From: a virus
Direction: 5' to 3' (one strand)
IMG/VR virus record: IMGVR_UViG_3300029135_000007
Coordinates: 1-57,937 of that record
DNA: 57,937 bases
The notes beneath the pieces were generated by a model. It was not told the DNA's origin, ran no database searches, and worked only from the letters and a program-made list of their open reading frames with translations. A program made the translations under genes and the position numbers. Below are positions 17,701 to 25,504 of this stretch, one piece after another; positions within the stretch are counted from its first letter, which is position 1, and each line of letters begins with the position of its first letter.

Positions 17701-18310
17701 TTGCCCGGCGGCGCGTGAGCGGCTCACGAGCATTTACAGCGGTCTTTCTGCCGTCAATGCAATTATACGTCCAAAACACCAAAACCGTTTATAGAGCTTT
17801 ACAGCGGCATTTCCGTTAATTTGACCCATTCCAGCGCACACAATACAGCCGCCAAACAAGCCGCCTATACGCCAACTGCGCCACGCTGGAGGGCATACCC
17901 TCAAGCGCAGCACCTGCACCGATACCAGATACCGCCGCAACACCGGACACTGTACAGGGCAGGGTCGCCCCCTATTATAATAAGGTATATAAGGGTGCAG
18001 CTGTGCGCCCGTGTCGTGGATCCATGCCCGGCGGTGCAACATAGCGCAGACCATGCCAGCCTGGCGGCGGTCTGCTCCTACCGTCTGCGGATTGCTGGCA
18101 AGCGCTGACACACTGTCAGCAGTACAGACCCGGTGCACCTTCTGAGGGGTGCAGCGTCTCCACCTGTACAAGGTCAGCCCGGCGGCTTGCGATTTGGCAC
18201 CGGGTCAGCCTGGCGCCCTCCACCCGGCGGGGCAGTCAAGTGGCAGGGGCGCGGCGGGCGGCGCGGAACCATTGACGGCTACCGCCGCATCCCTTTTCGG
18301 GCTTTCGCCC
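17700..18310. other. GC-rich ORF-free block B
   Basis: High G+C by eye; multiple hairpins (gcagacc...ggtctgc, ctgaca-cac-tgtcag); only an implausible 145-aa Arg/Cys/Trp-rich ORF. Confidence 0.5.
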
Positions 18311-18902
18311 GATAGCCAATAGAGGTCAGCAATAGTCGCAGCGTTCCGGCTGGAATAGTCGTGGAATAGTCGTAAAATCGTCAGACAACCGCCGTTTGAA
18401 AGTCCCATATATAGTATAGTAACGAGTTGCCCGCTGATAGTCGCAGAGTAATATTCGTAGCGTTTTCTTGCGAGCTATCGTCAAATAGTCGTGTATTTTT
18501 TGTGTGAAATAGTCGTTCGTCTTTTAGAGAAAGAGAGGTGCGATAGTCGCTAAGTCATCAGACCACATAAAATTCATAATCCATTGCATATATTCACTCA
18601 TTTATTCACTCACTAGCCATACCAAATTCATATGCCAACCGTACTTATTATAATATACACTTATATATCCTAGTAACTATCTAGGGATTATTCTGCTAAA
18701 ATAGTCGTATCATCCGATTTGGTCTGTTCCTGCTCGATTTAATTCCCAGCAATGTGCTATGATATTTCAACTAATCCATACTACTTTGCTATGAATAGTT
18801 ATACCTGATAGTCGCAGTCAAGTTATGCAACATTTGTACATATCCAGCCGACTACAAAATGAAGTCAATTCTCCATGTGAAATAGTCGCAGATGGTGATA
18901 GG

Positions 18903-18941
18903 CTAGATGCTGCTACCCTTTTCAGACTAGATGCTGCTACC
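18903..18941 (+). repeat. 15-bp direct repeat ctagatgctgctacc x2, separated by 9 nt
   Basis: Read directly at 18903-18917 and 18927-18941. Confidence 0.9.
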
Positions 18942-19203
18942 GTTGAAGGTCACCCGGTCGGCGCGGTGCGCCGGACGATAGAGGGTGACGTAACGTAGAG
19001 GTTAGCTGGACGGTATGCCTATATTCAGCCAATAGAACCTGACGGTAAATGCCGGTCACGGTCTGGCCTGCTGGCTAACGGTATAGCTTTTGGAGATAGA
19101 GGGTTGTAGGGGGAAAGAACCTTTGCAAAGCATTTGGTTATCGTTTTCAGTTGTCGCAGTTGTCGCACCATTTTGGCGCGGGGGCCTCAAACAATTTATT
19201 TGT

Positions 19204-19275
19204 TTGAGGGGGGAGTTAGGGGGATTATAGGGGGTAATAGGGGTTGTAGGGGAAAGAGGGGGAAGAAAGGGGGGA
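19204..19275 (+). repeat. cluster of seven G4-G6 tracts (TAGGGG(G)-type), potential G-quadruplex region
   Basis: gaggggggagttagggggattatagggggtaataggggttgtaggggaaagagggggaagaaagggggg, plus an upstream copy ttgtaggggga at 19104. Confidence 0.8.
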
Positions 19276-19424
19276 AGATTGGATGTTTTTGCAATGTAAC
19301 ACCACTTTGCGCTGATAGTCGCAGCCGTTTTGTCTCATGCGCTTCGCTTTCGTCTCAATCTGCCCTGTGACTAGACGAATCTTTCTCAAATCCAGACCTT
19401 GCCGTTTTCCCCTGATAAATAACA

Positions 19425-19485
19425 AGAGAAAAAAGCACGGAATAGTCGCAGAGGGTAGTTTTACTACCTGACACCATTCCATGCT
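19425..19485 (-). terminator. rho-independent terminator for gene 19523..19825
   Basis: Outer stem agcacggaat/attccatgct (one G-T pair), inner hairpin ggtagt-ttt-actacc, T-run on the minus strand. Confidence 0.55.
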
Positions 19486-19522
19486 TTCTGATACAGTAGT
19501 TTTGTAGTCGTACGAGCTAAGA

Positions 19523-19825
19523 TTAGATATTCTTGGCTTCTCTCGCCTTACGCAGACGCTCTGCCAGTGCTTCACGCTGCTCTTCGCTAATCTCACGAGT
19601 GACAGGCGGCCGGAACTTCACAAGACGTTTCGGCATCGAATAGGTCTTGGATTCCTTGCACCGCTTGGCAGACAGCTCCGCCATAAACTTGTATGTATCG
19701 GGGAACTGCTCACAGAGCTTGTCCAGTTTGCGAATGTAAACTGGGTCTGCCGTGTAGATTTCTGCGGTATCTTCCGCTGCGTTGAAGTTGATGATAGTCT
19801 CACGTTCGATGTTGGCAAGTGCCAT
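19523..19825 (-). CDS. hypothetical protein (100 aa)
   Basis: Start taken at MALANIERETIINF; track ORF 19523..19891. Confidence 0.5.
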   Translation of the reverse strand: MALANIERETIINFNAAEDTAEIYTADPVYIRKLDKLCEQFPDTYKFMAELSAKRCKESKTYSMPKRLVKFRPPVTREISEEQREALAERLRKAREAKNI

Positions 19826-19844
19826 AGTTGTTTTCTCCTTTGCG

Positions 19845-20042
19845 TTATTTCTGATTGATTTTCTTCTTGGGGCATGATTCAGGAAATTCATCGTAGCAAG
19901 CCCAGCATGGAATCGTTTTTCGACAAATCAGCCGCTCTTCCCTTTCAAGTTTTTCACGTTTTTCTCGCTCCTTGCGTTCTTTCTCGTGCCGTCTGTGTGC
20001 ATTGGCAACGATTATATGAACAGCAGCCATGTTTGGAACCAT
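19845..20042 (-). CDS. small hypothetical protein, basic coiled coil plus Cys pair
   Basis: Track ORF, 65 aa. Confidence 0.35.
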   Translation of the reverse strand: MVPNMAAVHIIVANAHRRHEKERKEREKREKLEREERLICRKTIPCWACYDEFPESCPKKKINQK

Positions 20043-20140
20043 AGTCTTTTCCTCCTGTATTTTGTGTAGTGAAAAATATTTATGGGGTTCAGACGGTAAC
20101 TTTATCGCCCTGACCCTATTATCTGTTTTTCTTGCCTATT

Positions 20141-20707
20141 CTACTGTGACGATTTGAGCGCAGAAGCGATGTTATATACTCTTTTGTCCAATCTGCGCAA
20201 TTCAAGTCTAGTTGGAAGCAAACCACGGCAAAAGTATGCACTCCCAAAAGGAGTTCCTTTTACTGGACTATCCATGTGTTTTGGATTCATAAAATCTATT
20301 CTCTGGTCGAAACAAAGCATTTGAACGTCATTTTTGAAAATCTCAAATCTTGTTTTCCCTTGAATGCTATTTGCCGGAAGAAGTAATGCAAATGGTTTAT
20401 TTAACTCGTATGCTCTACGAAGAACAGCGTCTTTTTTGCTAAACGGCGGATTTGAAACAAGAATGTCCCATTTTTGAGGTTCGTAATCAAAAAAGTTCTG
20501 CCCATAGTCAATATGGCTATAAATCACTTTATTTCCATTGTTTTCCAAAACACTGACAAATGCAGACCATTCTTTGTCAAACGGACACCAAATAATCTTA
20601 TTGCTTGGAATAAATTCCAAAAGAGGTCTTACGGCATACCTTGGCGTATACTGTTCATCTCCGTTTTTTGAACTGTCAGATTGTAAATATCCTATATTTT
20701 CTGCCAC
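20141..20707 (-). CDS. DNA N6-adenine methyltransferase (NPPF motif)
   Basis: ...DEQYTPRY... near the N-terminus and catalytic ...LVSNPPFSKK...; markedly lower GC than the neighbouring genes. Confidence 0.7.
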   Translation of the reverse strand: MAENIGYLQSDSSKNGDEQYTPRYAVRPLLEFIPSNKIIWCPFDKEWSAFVSVLENNGNKVIYSHIDYGQNFFDYEPQKWDILVSNPPFSKKDAVLRRAYELNKPFALLLPANSIQGKTRFEIFKNDVQMLCFDQRIDFMNPKHMDSPVKGTPFGSAYFCRGLLPTRLELRRLDKRVYNIASALKSSQ

Positions 20708-20718
20708 AAGTTATCACC

Positions 20719-21942
20719 TCACATCCATACGCATTCTTTGAACTGCTGGGTCTCCATCTGAAACGTGATGTCCAGTGACCCTACGTTGCCCTCTTTGTTC
20801 TTTTCAAGCGCAAAGTGATAATGTTGCTCTGGCCTCTTTTTCGTGGTCACGTTCTGTGCCAGCAGAATGATTGCATCTGCGTCCTGTTCAATCTGTCCGC
20901 TCTCTCGCAGGTCTGCGGCAGTCGGTGGAATGCCTGTTCTTGCTGTCTCTCGATTGAGCTGCGCAAGAGCTATCACCAGTGTTCCTGTGGACTGTGCGAA
21001 CTCATGCAGCGCCATGCTGATTTCCGTTACGGCACTGTATCGGTCTTTTGCTCCGGCTTGATGGATAAGCTGCAAATAGTCGATGAACACCACTTTTGCC
21101 TGCATCCTGATGGACTGCGTTCTAATCCACCCAACGCTCTTACCGGCGGCAGAGCGGACGTACAGCGGATATTTCTTGATGGCTGCCAGTCGGTCAAGCT
21201 CGTCAATTCTGACGGTTTTGTTTTTGACCGTGTGCAGCGGTACGCCTAGCTGGTTTGCTATGATACGAGCGTAGAGCGTGTCCGGGTCGGTCTCTAGGCT
21301 GAAATACGCCACCTTGCGTCCGTTCTTGGCTATTTCACAGGCAAGTTGCAGGGATAGAGCAGTTTTACCGGCAGACGGTCTGCCGCCGATCACAACGAAG
21401 TTGCCCAGCACAAGATGCAAGTTGTTGTCCAGCACTTTAAGCCCTGTGCTGATATACTCCGGCTTATCATCCAGCCTGCGAATGTAATTGTCTATGCCAT
21501 CGCACATTGGGATGAAATCACTTCTCTCGCTGTGCAGGTTGATTGCTTCGCCTAGCTGTTCATAAATGCCTGTCAGGTCTGCGTATCTGGTCGAGCCATC
21601 AACGATTTTAAACGCAAGCTCTCTGGCTCTGGACAATGCTGCCTGTTCTTTGACGATTCCAGCCCATCCAAGCATCATGTCATGTGTGACGTTGCGGATA
21701 AACTCCGCACCGAAGGCATCAAGGCATTCACCCATTGCTTTCTTGCAGTTATCGTACCGCCCCATGACTTCTACCGGGTTCCACTTGTCGTTGTGTTCCC
21801 AATAGCCACGAATGGCGGCGAATGTATCACGCAGTTCAGGACAGAAATCGTCGATTTTAAGGTCTTGCAGCACATCGGCGTATTCCGAGAACGTAAGGGC
21901 TGCCCCCAGCAGGATGTATTGGGTCTGATTTTCAATATTCAC
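20719..21942 (-). CDS. DnaB-like replicative helicase
   Basis: Walker A in ...GGRPSAGKTALSLQLA...; ...IDYLQLI... and ...LAQLNRE... motifs of the DnaB C-terminal domain. Confidence 0.85.
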   Translation of the reverse strand: MNIENQTQYILLGAALTFSEYADVLQDLKIDDFCPELRDTFAAIRGYWEHNDKWNPVEVMGRYDNCKKAMGECLDAFGAEFIRNVTHDMMLGWAGIVKEQAALSRARELAFKIVDGSTRYADLTGIYEQLGEAINLHSERSDFIPMCDGIDNYIRRLDDKPEYISTGLKVLDNNLHLVLGNFVVIGGRPSAGKTALSLQLACEIAKNGRKVAYFSLETDPDTLYARIIANQLGVPLHTVKNKTVRIDELDRLAAIKKYPLYVRSAAGKSVGWIRTQSIRMQAKVVFIDYLQLIHQAGAKDRYSAVTEISMALHEFAQSTGTLVIALAQLNRETARTGIPPTAADLRESGQIEQDADAIILLAQNVTTKKRPEQHYHFALEKNKEGNVGSLDITFQMETQQFKECVWM

Positions 21943-22607
21943 CGCAGAAAGTCTCCCTCGTCAGGCAATTCAGCCATTGTCTGCTGATAGCCACCGTTCC
22001 AGTCCTTCACGTTACGCATCCAGTTCCGTGCAGCAGCTTTCCAGTCTTTCATAGGCGACTTGCCGACTTTCCAGCCATTCGCCGTGAAATGGTCAACGAA
22101 CCGTTCTGCTTCTGATTCTATGTAACCCTTTTCCGCAAAGTATTCTTTGGCTTGCTCGATAGTTGGTGACTTGAAGCGTTTGACTGCGTTGGTATTTTTC
22201 TTTTCACATTTTTCTTTTTTATCAGATTCAGATACAGAATCAGATACAGATAAGGCATCGTTTGCATCCATTTGCATATTTTGCATACCAGTGTATGCGT
22301 TTGCATCATTTGTATGCGTTTGTATGCACTTGCATTTTTCATCGTTCCAACGCTTATTTGCACTCCGTCTGTTTTTCTCAATTCGCTCCTGTCTTTTCTG
22401 TGCATTCATATCATCGAACGCCTTAACAACCTTCCAGAGCATCCGCATAGCACGGTCGTTGTCGTATGCTGGCTCAAGTCCAGTCTCAACATACTGTGCA
22501 TAGTTGCGGACGAATGCTCCAAATTCCTCGTCTGTCAGCTCGTCCATTGCATGGACGTGCTCCAACAGGAGAATCATTGATGTTCTCGGCTTGTGTTCCT
22601 GCTCCAT
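21939..22607 (-). CDS. replication organizer / helicase-loader-like protein (DnaD-type, tentative)
   Basis: Translationally coupled upstream of the dnaB-like gene. Two-domain protein joined by a low-complexity linker that is encoded by DNA repeats. Start taken at MEQEHK (ATG 22607). Confidence 0.5.
   Translation of the reverse strand: MEQEHKPRTSMILLLEHVHAMDELTDEEFGAFVRNYAQYVETGLEPAYDNDRAMRMLWKVVKAFDDMNAQKRQERIEKNRRSANKRWNDEKCKCIQTHTNDANAYTGMQNMQMDANDALSVSDSVSESDKKEKCEKKNTNAVKRFKSPTIEQAKEYFAEKGYIESEAERFVDHFTANGWKVGKSPMKDWKAAARNWMRNVKDWNGGYQQTMAELPDEGDFLR
22222..22335. repeat. short direct repeats inside the organizer gene (TCAGAT(ACAGA) x3; TTGCAT x5; GTATGC x3): candidate lytic origin
   Basis: tcagattcagatacagaatcagatacaga and tttgcatccatttgcatattttgcataccagtgtatgcgtttgcatcatttgtatgcgtttgtatgcacttgcat, read directly. 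Confidence 0.5.
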
Positions 22608-22609
22608 AT

Positions 22610-22840
22610 TCAATCCTCTTTGTAGCGTTTGTTCCATGCTTCGATAAGGTCTTTTTTAACCTTTTCTTTATCAGCTTCGGAGCAATCAGAGCTGTATAGC
22701 TTGCTTTCCATGAATACCCGGCACTTACATCCATTTTTGCCGTTTCCTCTTGTTATAAGCATCCAGCTTGTCAAATAGTCGCCTGCTTCTGCAATGGCAA
22801 CTTTCCCGCCGCAGAACGGGCATCTTTTGAGTTCTGTCAT
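22610..22840 (-). CDS. lar: Lar-family restriction alleviation protein (zinc ribbon)
   Basis: LKRCPFCGG near the N-terminus and ...LIEAWNKR near the C-terminus, the Lar-family signature. Confidence 0.6.
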   Translation of the reverse strand: MTELKRCPFCGGKVAIAEAGDYLTSWMLITRGNGKNGCKCRVFMESKLYSSDCSEADKEKVKKDLIEAWNKRYKED

Positions 22841-23037
22841 TTTCTAAATCCCTCTCTCGTTCTCATAATTCGTTTGAAAACTTCATGTAGCTTTGCACCT
22901 TTACGGTATACAGGTCGGTTGTGCTTCTGCTTGATGTAACCGCACTGCGTTTCGGACTGTCTGACAGCATTTGCAAAATGTTCAGCTGATGCAGCGCATC
23001 GGTTCATCGCTTCTGTTAATTCTTCAAATCCATCCAT
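22837..23037 (-). CDS. hypothetical protein (66 aa)
   Basis: Track ORF; RBS aaggagga. Confidence 0.45.
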   Translation of the reverse strand: MDGFEELTEAMNRCAASAEHFANAVRQSETQCGYIKQKHNRPVYRKGAKLHEVFKRIMRTREGFRK

Positions 23038-23138
23038 CTTTAATCCTCCTTACGCATACCATTTCGGTGCTTCGTTAAAGATTCCCACACCTTCTGCAAA
23101 TCACAGCTTTTCTAAGGTTTCACACATGATGCCGTCCA

Positions 23139-23246
23139 TCATGCTGTGAACGATTTCTTCATCATCACCGTACTTTTTGTAGCTTCCTGCATTTCCTCCG
23201 TGAATGCATCAACCATATCTTGCGTAACAACGACATTCTTTTCCAT
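23139..23246 (-). CDS. possible small protein (35 aa)
   Basis: ATG after a ggaggg RBS; MEKNVVVTQDMVDAFTEEMQEATKS... Confidence 0.3.
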   Translation of the reverse strand: MEKNVVVTQDMVDAFTEEMQEATKSTVMMKKSFTA

Positions 23247-23254
23247 AAGCCCTC

Positions 23255-23488
23255 CTACACCATCGGAAACGCCATCCAATGCGTCACCGTCACATCTTTC
23301 GGCAGTCTCTCGCCTATCTCGTCCCAGAACTGACCGTCTGCGTAACAGCCAAGAAAGTACGCTGTTGGCGAGATTCCTTGCAACATTTTTCCATCTTTAT
23401 CATGCCACGTTTTCTTAGTCGCAAGCAACAAAGGCTGCGTCCGCTCTCGTGGTGGTTCGCTTGCTGGATGCCAGGATGTATTAGCCAT
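23255..23488 (-). CDS. DUF551-like protein
   Basis: Start taken at MANTSWHPASEPP; C-terminal ...VTVTHWMAFP motif. Confidence 0.5.
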   Translation of the reverse strand: MANTSWHPASEPPRERTQPLLLATKKTWHDKDGKMLQGISPTAYFLGCYADGQFWDEIGERLPKDVTVTHWMAFPMV

Positions 23489-23550
23489 TGCCTTTTCTCC
23501 TTTCAATCTCCTTGCAAACCGCCTTGTAAAACGTATCCCACGTCTCATAA

Positions 23551-23715
23551 TCACAGGAATTTCCAGCCCTGCGACAAGGTGTTCTGCTCAACGCCTCGTG
23601 CGGAATAAACAACTCCGACATACCCAACAGGCACTCTCTCCAAACACAGCAAAAGAAATGCCGCAACAAGAAACGATGCTGCCACAGAAGAAATAATAGT
23701 TGCTACTTTTTTCAT
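23551..23715 (-). pseudogene. SPFH/band-7 (prohibitin-like) N-terminal fragment, 54 codons
   Basis: MKKVATIISSVAASFLVAAFLLLCLERVPVGYVGVVYSARGVEQNTLSQGWKFL then a stop. This is a TM helix plus the start of an SPFH domain; the rest of the domain is missing. Confidence 0.35.
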
Positions 23716-23718
23716 GTT

Positions 23719-23799
23719 TTACTCCTTATCGTTAAAATTGTTGATAATCAAAAAAGCTACCGCCCAAGATAATAAGAAGAAAGCTATGAGTTCTTTCAT
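23719..23799 (-). CDS. possible small membrane peptide (26 aa)
   Basis: ATGA overlap with the terS-like stop; MKELIAFFLLSWAVAFLIINNFNDKE. Confidence 0.25.
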   Translation of the reverse strand: MKELIAFFLLSWAVAFLIINNFNDKE

Positions 23800-24548
23800 T
23801 CTTCCGTTACCTCTCTGTACTCCACTTCAATCTCCTTCGGCAAAGCCGTCTGGTACTTCTGAGCCAACTGTTCTGCGCTCTGGGCATCGCCCAACGGCTG
23901 TTCCGGCGGTGCAACGGTGACTTCCACGTTGTCACGCATACCAAAGTAGTTCTTGGCTCGGAAAATCCACTCTGCCGGGTTCTCCTGACCGTACATACCG
24001 TTGTATGCCCACATGGACTGCATTTGCAGAATCAGCTTCAAGATGTACTTCTGCTGCAAGCTGTCGTCACGGCGTTTGCCTGTCATAATCTGTCTCAGGC
24101 TCACCCATTCGATGCCAAGCACTAGTGCAATCCATTCCACCACAGGGGAGATTCTGGCTTCGATGCAAGCGTCAAAGAAGAAGTCAAGGCGTTGCTGTAC
24201 CTCAATGGGGTTGTTCATGTCCACGCTCGGAAGGTCGCCAAAATACTTGGCTGCAATCATGCCGATGACTTTCTTATCCTCTTCGTCACCAATTCTTGAC
24301 TGCAAATCGCCTGTGCTCATCATCTTTGACTTCTCGATAGCCAACTCTTGTTGTTCTTTCACCTTTTTACTCACCTGTGAGCGGATAGATTTCCGCTTGT
24401 TAAGCATCTGTTGTTTTTTCTTCTCACGTTCTTTCTCACGCTTCGCAGCGGCTTCTTCTTTCGCCTTTTGCGCTCGCTTCTCACGCTTTTTCTTTTCAGC
24501 TTCGGTCAGCGGCGGTCTGCCACGACCACGCTTCGGGGGTGTTGCCAT
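23796..24548 (-). CDS. terS: terminase small subunit-like protein
   Basis: Basic N-terminus; ...RLDFFFDACIEARISPVVEWIALVLGIEWVSLRQ... and ...NPAEWIFRAKNYFGMRD... resemble TerS HTH and oligomerisation motifs. It lies about 12 kb upstream of terL. Confidence 0.55.
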   Translation of the reverse strand: MATPPKRGRGRPPLTEAEKKKREKRAQKAKEEAAAKREKEREKKKQQMLNKRKSIRSQVSKKVKEQQELAIEKSKMMSTGDLQSRIGDEEDKKVIGMIAAKYFGDLPSVDMNNPIEVQQRLDFFFDACIEARISPVVEWIALVLGIEWVSLRQIMTGKRRDDSLQQKYILKLILQMQSMWAYNGMYGQENPAEWIFRAKNYFGMRDNVEVTVAPPEQPLGDAQSAEQLAQKYQTALPKEIEVEYREVTEE

Positions 24549-24551
24549 GTG

Positions 24552-24926
24552 TCAAACCTCCTTTGGCGGTTCAGGAAGATACGCCCAATGAGTTACATCT
24601 CCAAATACAATGTACTCGTCGTGCTCTTGCCATAGTCCGTCATAAGATAAAAATGCAATTTCAATGCCGAACTTTTCTCTTTTTACGAGAACTTCTTTGT
24701 CTTTTTCGGGTAAAACTTTTTTGGCATCAAACCATATATTGGCGGGCTCAGATTTTTCCAATACGTTGGCTAAATCTAAAAACACATCTCCAATGCTACT
24801 TCTGATTTGTCCTTGTATGTATACGATTAAGTTTTTGCTATCCAAAAACGGCTTCGCTTCATTCTTTTTGTCAACGCCAACAGTTTTCCACGCCGCAATG
24901 ATTGGGTCAACATCAACCAGTTTCAC
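24552..24926 (-). CDS. DUF551-like protein
   Basis: C-terminal ...FGDVTHWAYLPEPPKEV motif. Confidence 0.5.
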   Translation of the reverse strand: MKLVDVDPIIAAWKTVGVDKKNEAKPFLDSKNLIVYIQGQIRSSIGDVFLDLANVLEKSEPANIWFDAKKVLPEKDKEVLVKREKFGIEIAFLSYDGLWQEHDEYIVFGDVTHWAYLPEPPKEV

Positions 24927-24930
24927 ACTC

Positions 24931-25095
24931 TCACCTCTTCATCTTCGTTTCGATGTTGTCCAGCTTCCGTGCAATCCACCAGACGGAACAGCAGTTGTCC
25001 AAATGCCGCCACCAAGCGCACTTCTCTTTTTCGCAGACGCACCGACCAAGCGGATTGCTGGTCATCTTCATCGGGCAGTAAAGTTCGTTGTCCAT
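24931..25095 (-). CDS. small Cys-rich protein (54 aa)
   Basis: MDNELYCPMKMTSNPLGRCVCEKEKCAWWRHLDNCCSVWW...; below the track size cutoff. Confidence 0.4.
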   Translation of the reverse strand: MDNELYCPMKMTSNPLGRCVCEKEKCAWWRHLDNCCSVWWIARKLDNIETKMKR

Positions 25096-25103
25096 GATTT
25101 TGC

Positions 25104-25325
25104 TTAGCCCTCCAACTGGAGATGAGCGTTTACCATCTTAACGGGAAAATCCTCATCTATTTGCAAAAAATCGCCGTTTTTCAGGTTGATGCCGCCAGAC
25201 AACTTGCTTACCGAAAGATTCACGTTAGATTTCATGAGAATTTCGCTGTTCAGTTCAAACACATCTCCATATTCCAGACACCCAAAATTGATTTCTTTTC
25301 TCTCAATGTCACAAATTTTCATCAT
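25104..25325 (-). CDS. hypothetical protein
   Basis: Track ORF 25104..25364; start taken at MMKICDIE. Confidence 0.4.
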   Translation of the reverse strand: MMKICDIERKEINFGCLEYGDVFELNSEILMKSNVNLSVSKLSGGINLKNGDFLQIDEDFPVKMVNAHLQLEG

Positions 25326-25504
25326 TCCCACCCCATCACAACAGCCGTACAAACGGCCAGACACACGTTGACGAACAGCCAGACGAGCACTGCCTGCCGT
25401 TCCTCAAACAGGCTGTTCGCCATGTTCTTAATTGTCCGTTCGGACTGAACTACTACCGCCAGCAGGACTAAGCAGACCAGCCAGCGGGTTACAAATTCAA
25501 ACAT
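25322..25504 (-). CDS. small membrane protein (two TM helices)
   Basis: Track ORF, 60 aa, hydrophobic stretches LVCLVLLAVVV and LVWLFVNVCLAVCTAVV. Confidence 0.4.
   Translation of the reverse strand: MFEFVTRWLVCLVLLAVVVQSERTIKNMANSLFEERQAVLVWLFVNVCLAVCTAVVMGWE

Larger units (their letters stand above)
18331..19512 (+). repeat. array of (A/G)ATAGTCG(C/T)(A)G motifs, all on the plus strand, irregular spacing
   Basis: Exact TAGTCG at 18333, 18355, 18366, 18438, 18486, 18510, 18544, 18702, 18809, 18883, 19316, 19443 and 19505. Six copies share the longer form ATAGTCGCAG. Variants include GTTGTCGCA x2 at 19150-19167 and one inverted copy near 18850. Confidence 0.85.

Noticed and set aside
17734-18171. 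145-aa ORF inside GC-rich block B, and the 109-aa, 97-aa and 65-aa ORFs in block A (15717-16186)
   Set aside because: Arg/Cys/Trp/Pro-rich composition, no RBS, overlapping alternatives on both strands. Treated as non-coding, and the blocks are reported as a finding instead.
19211-19252. Telomere-like TTAGGG/TAGGGG repeats suggesting linear-plasmid telomeres
   Set aside because: The tracts are internal to a circular molecule, irregular, and unaccompanied by a protelomerase or a large terminal palindrome. Kept only as a G-quadruplex-prone cluster.
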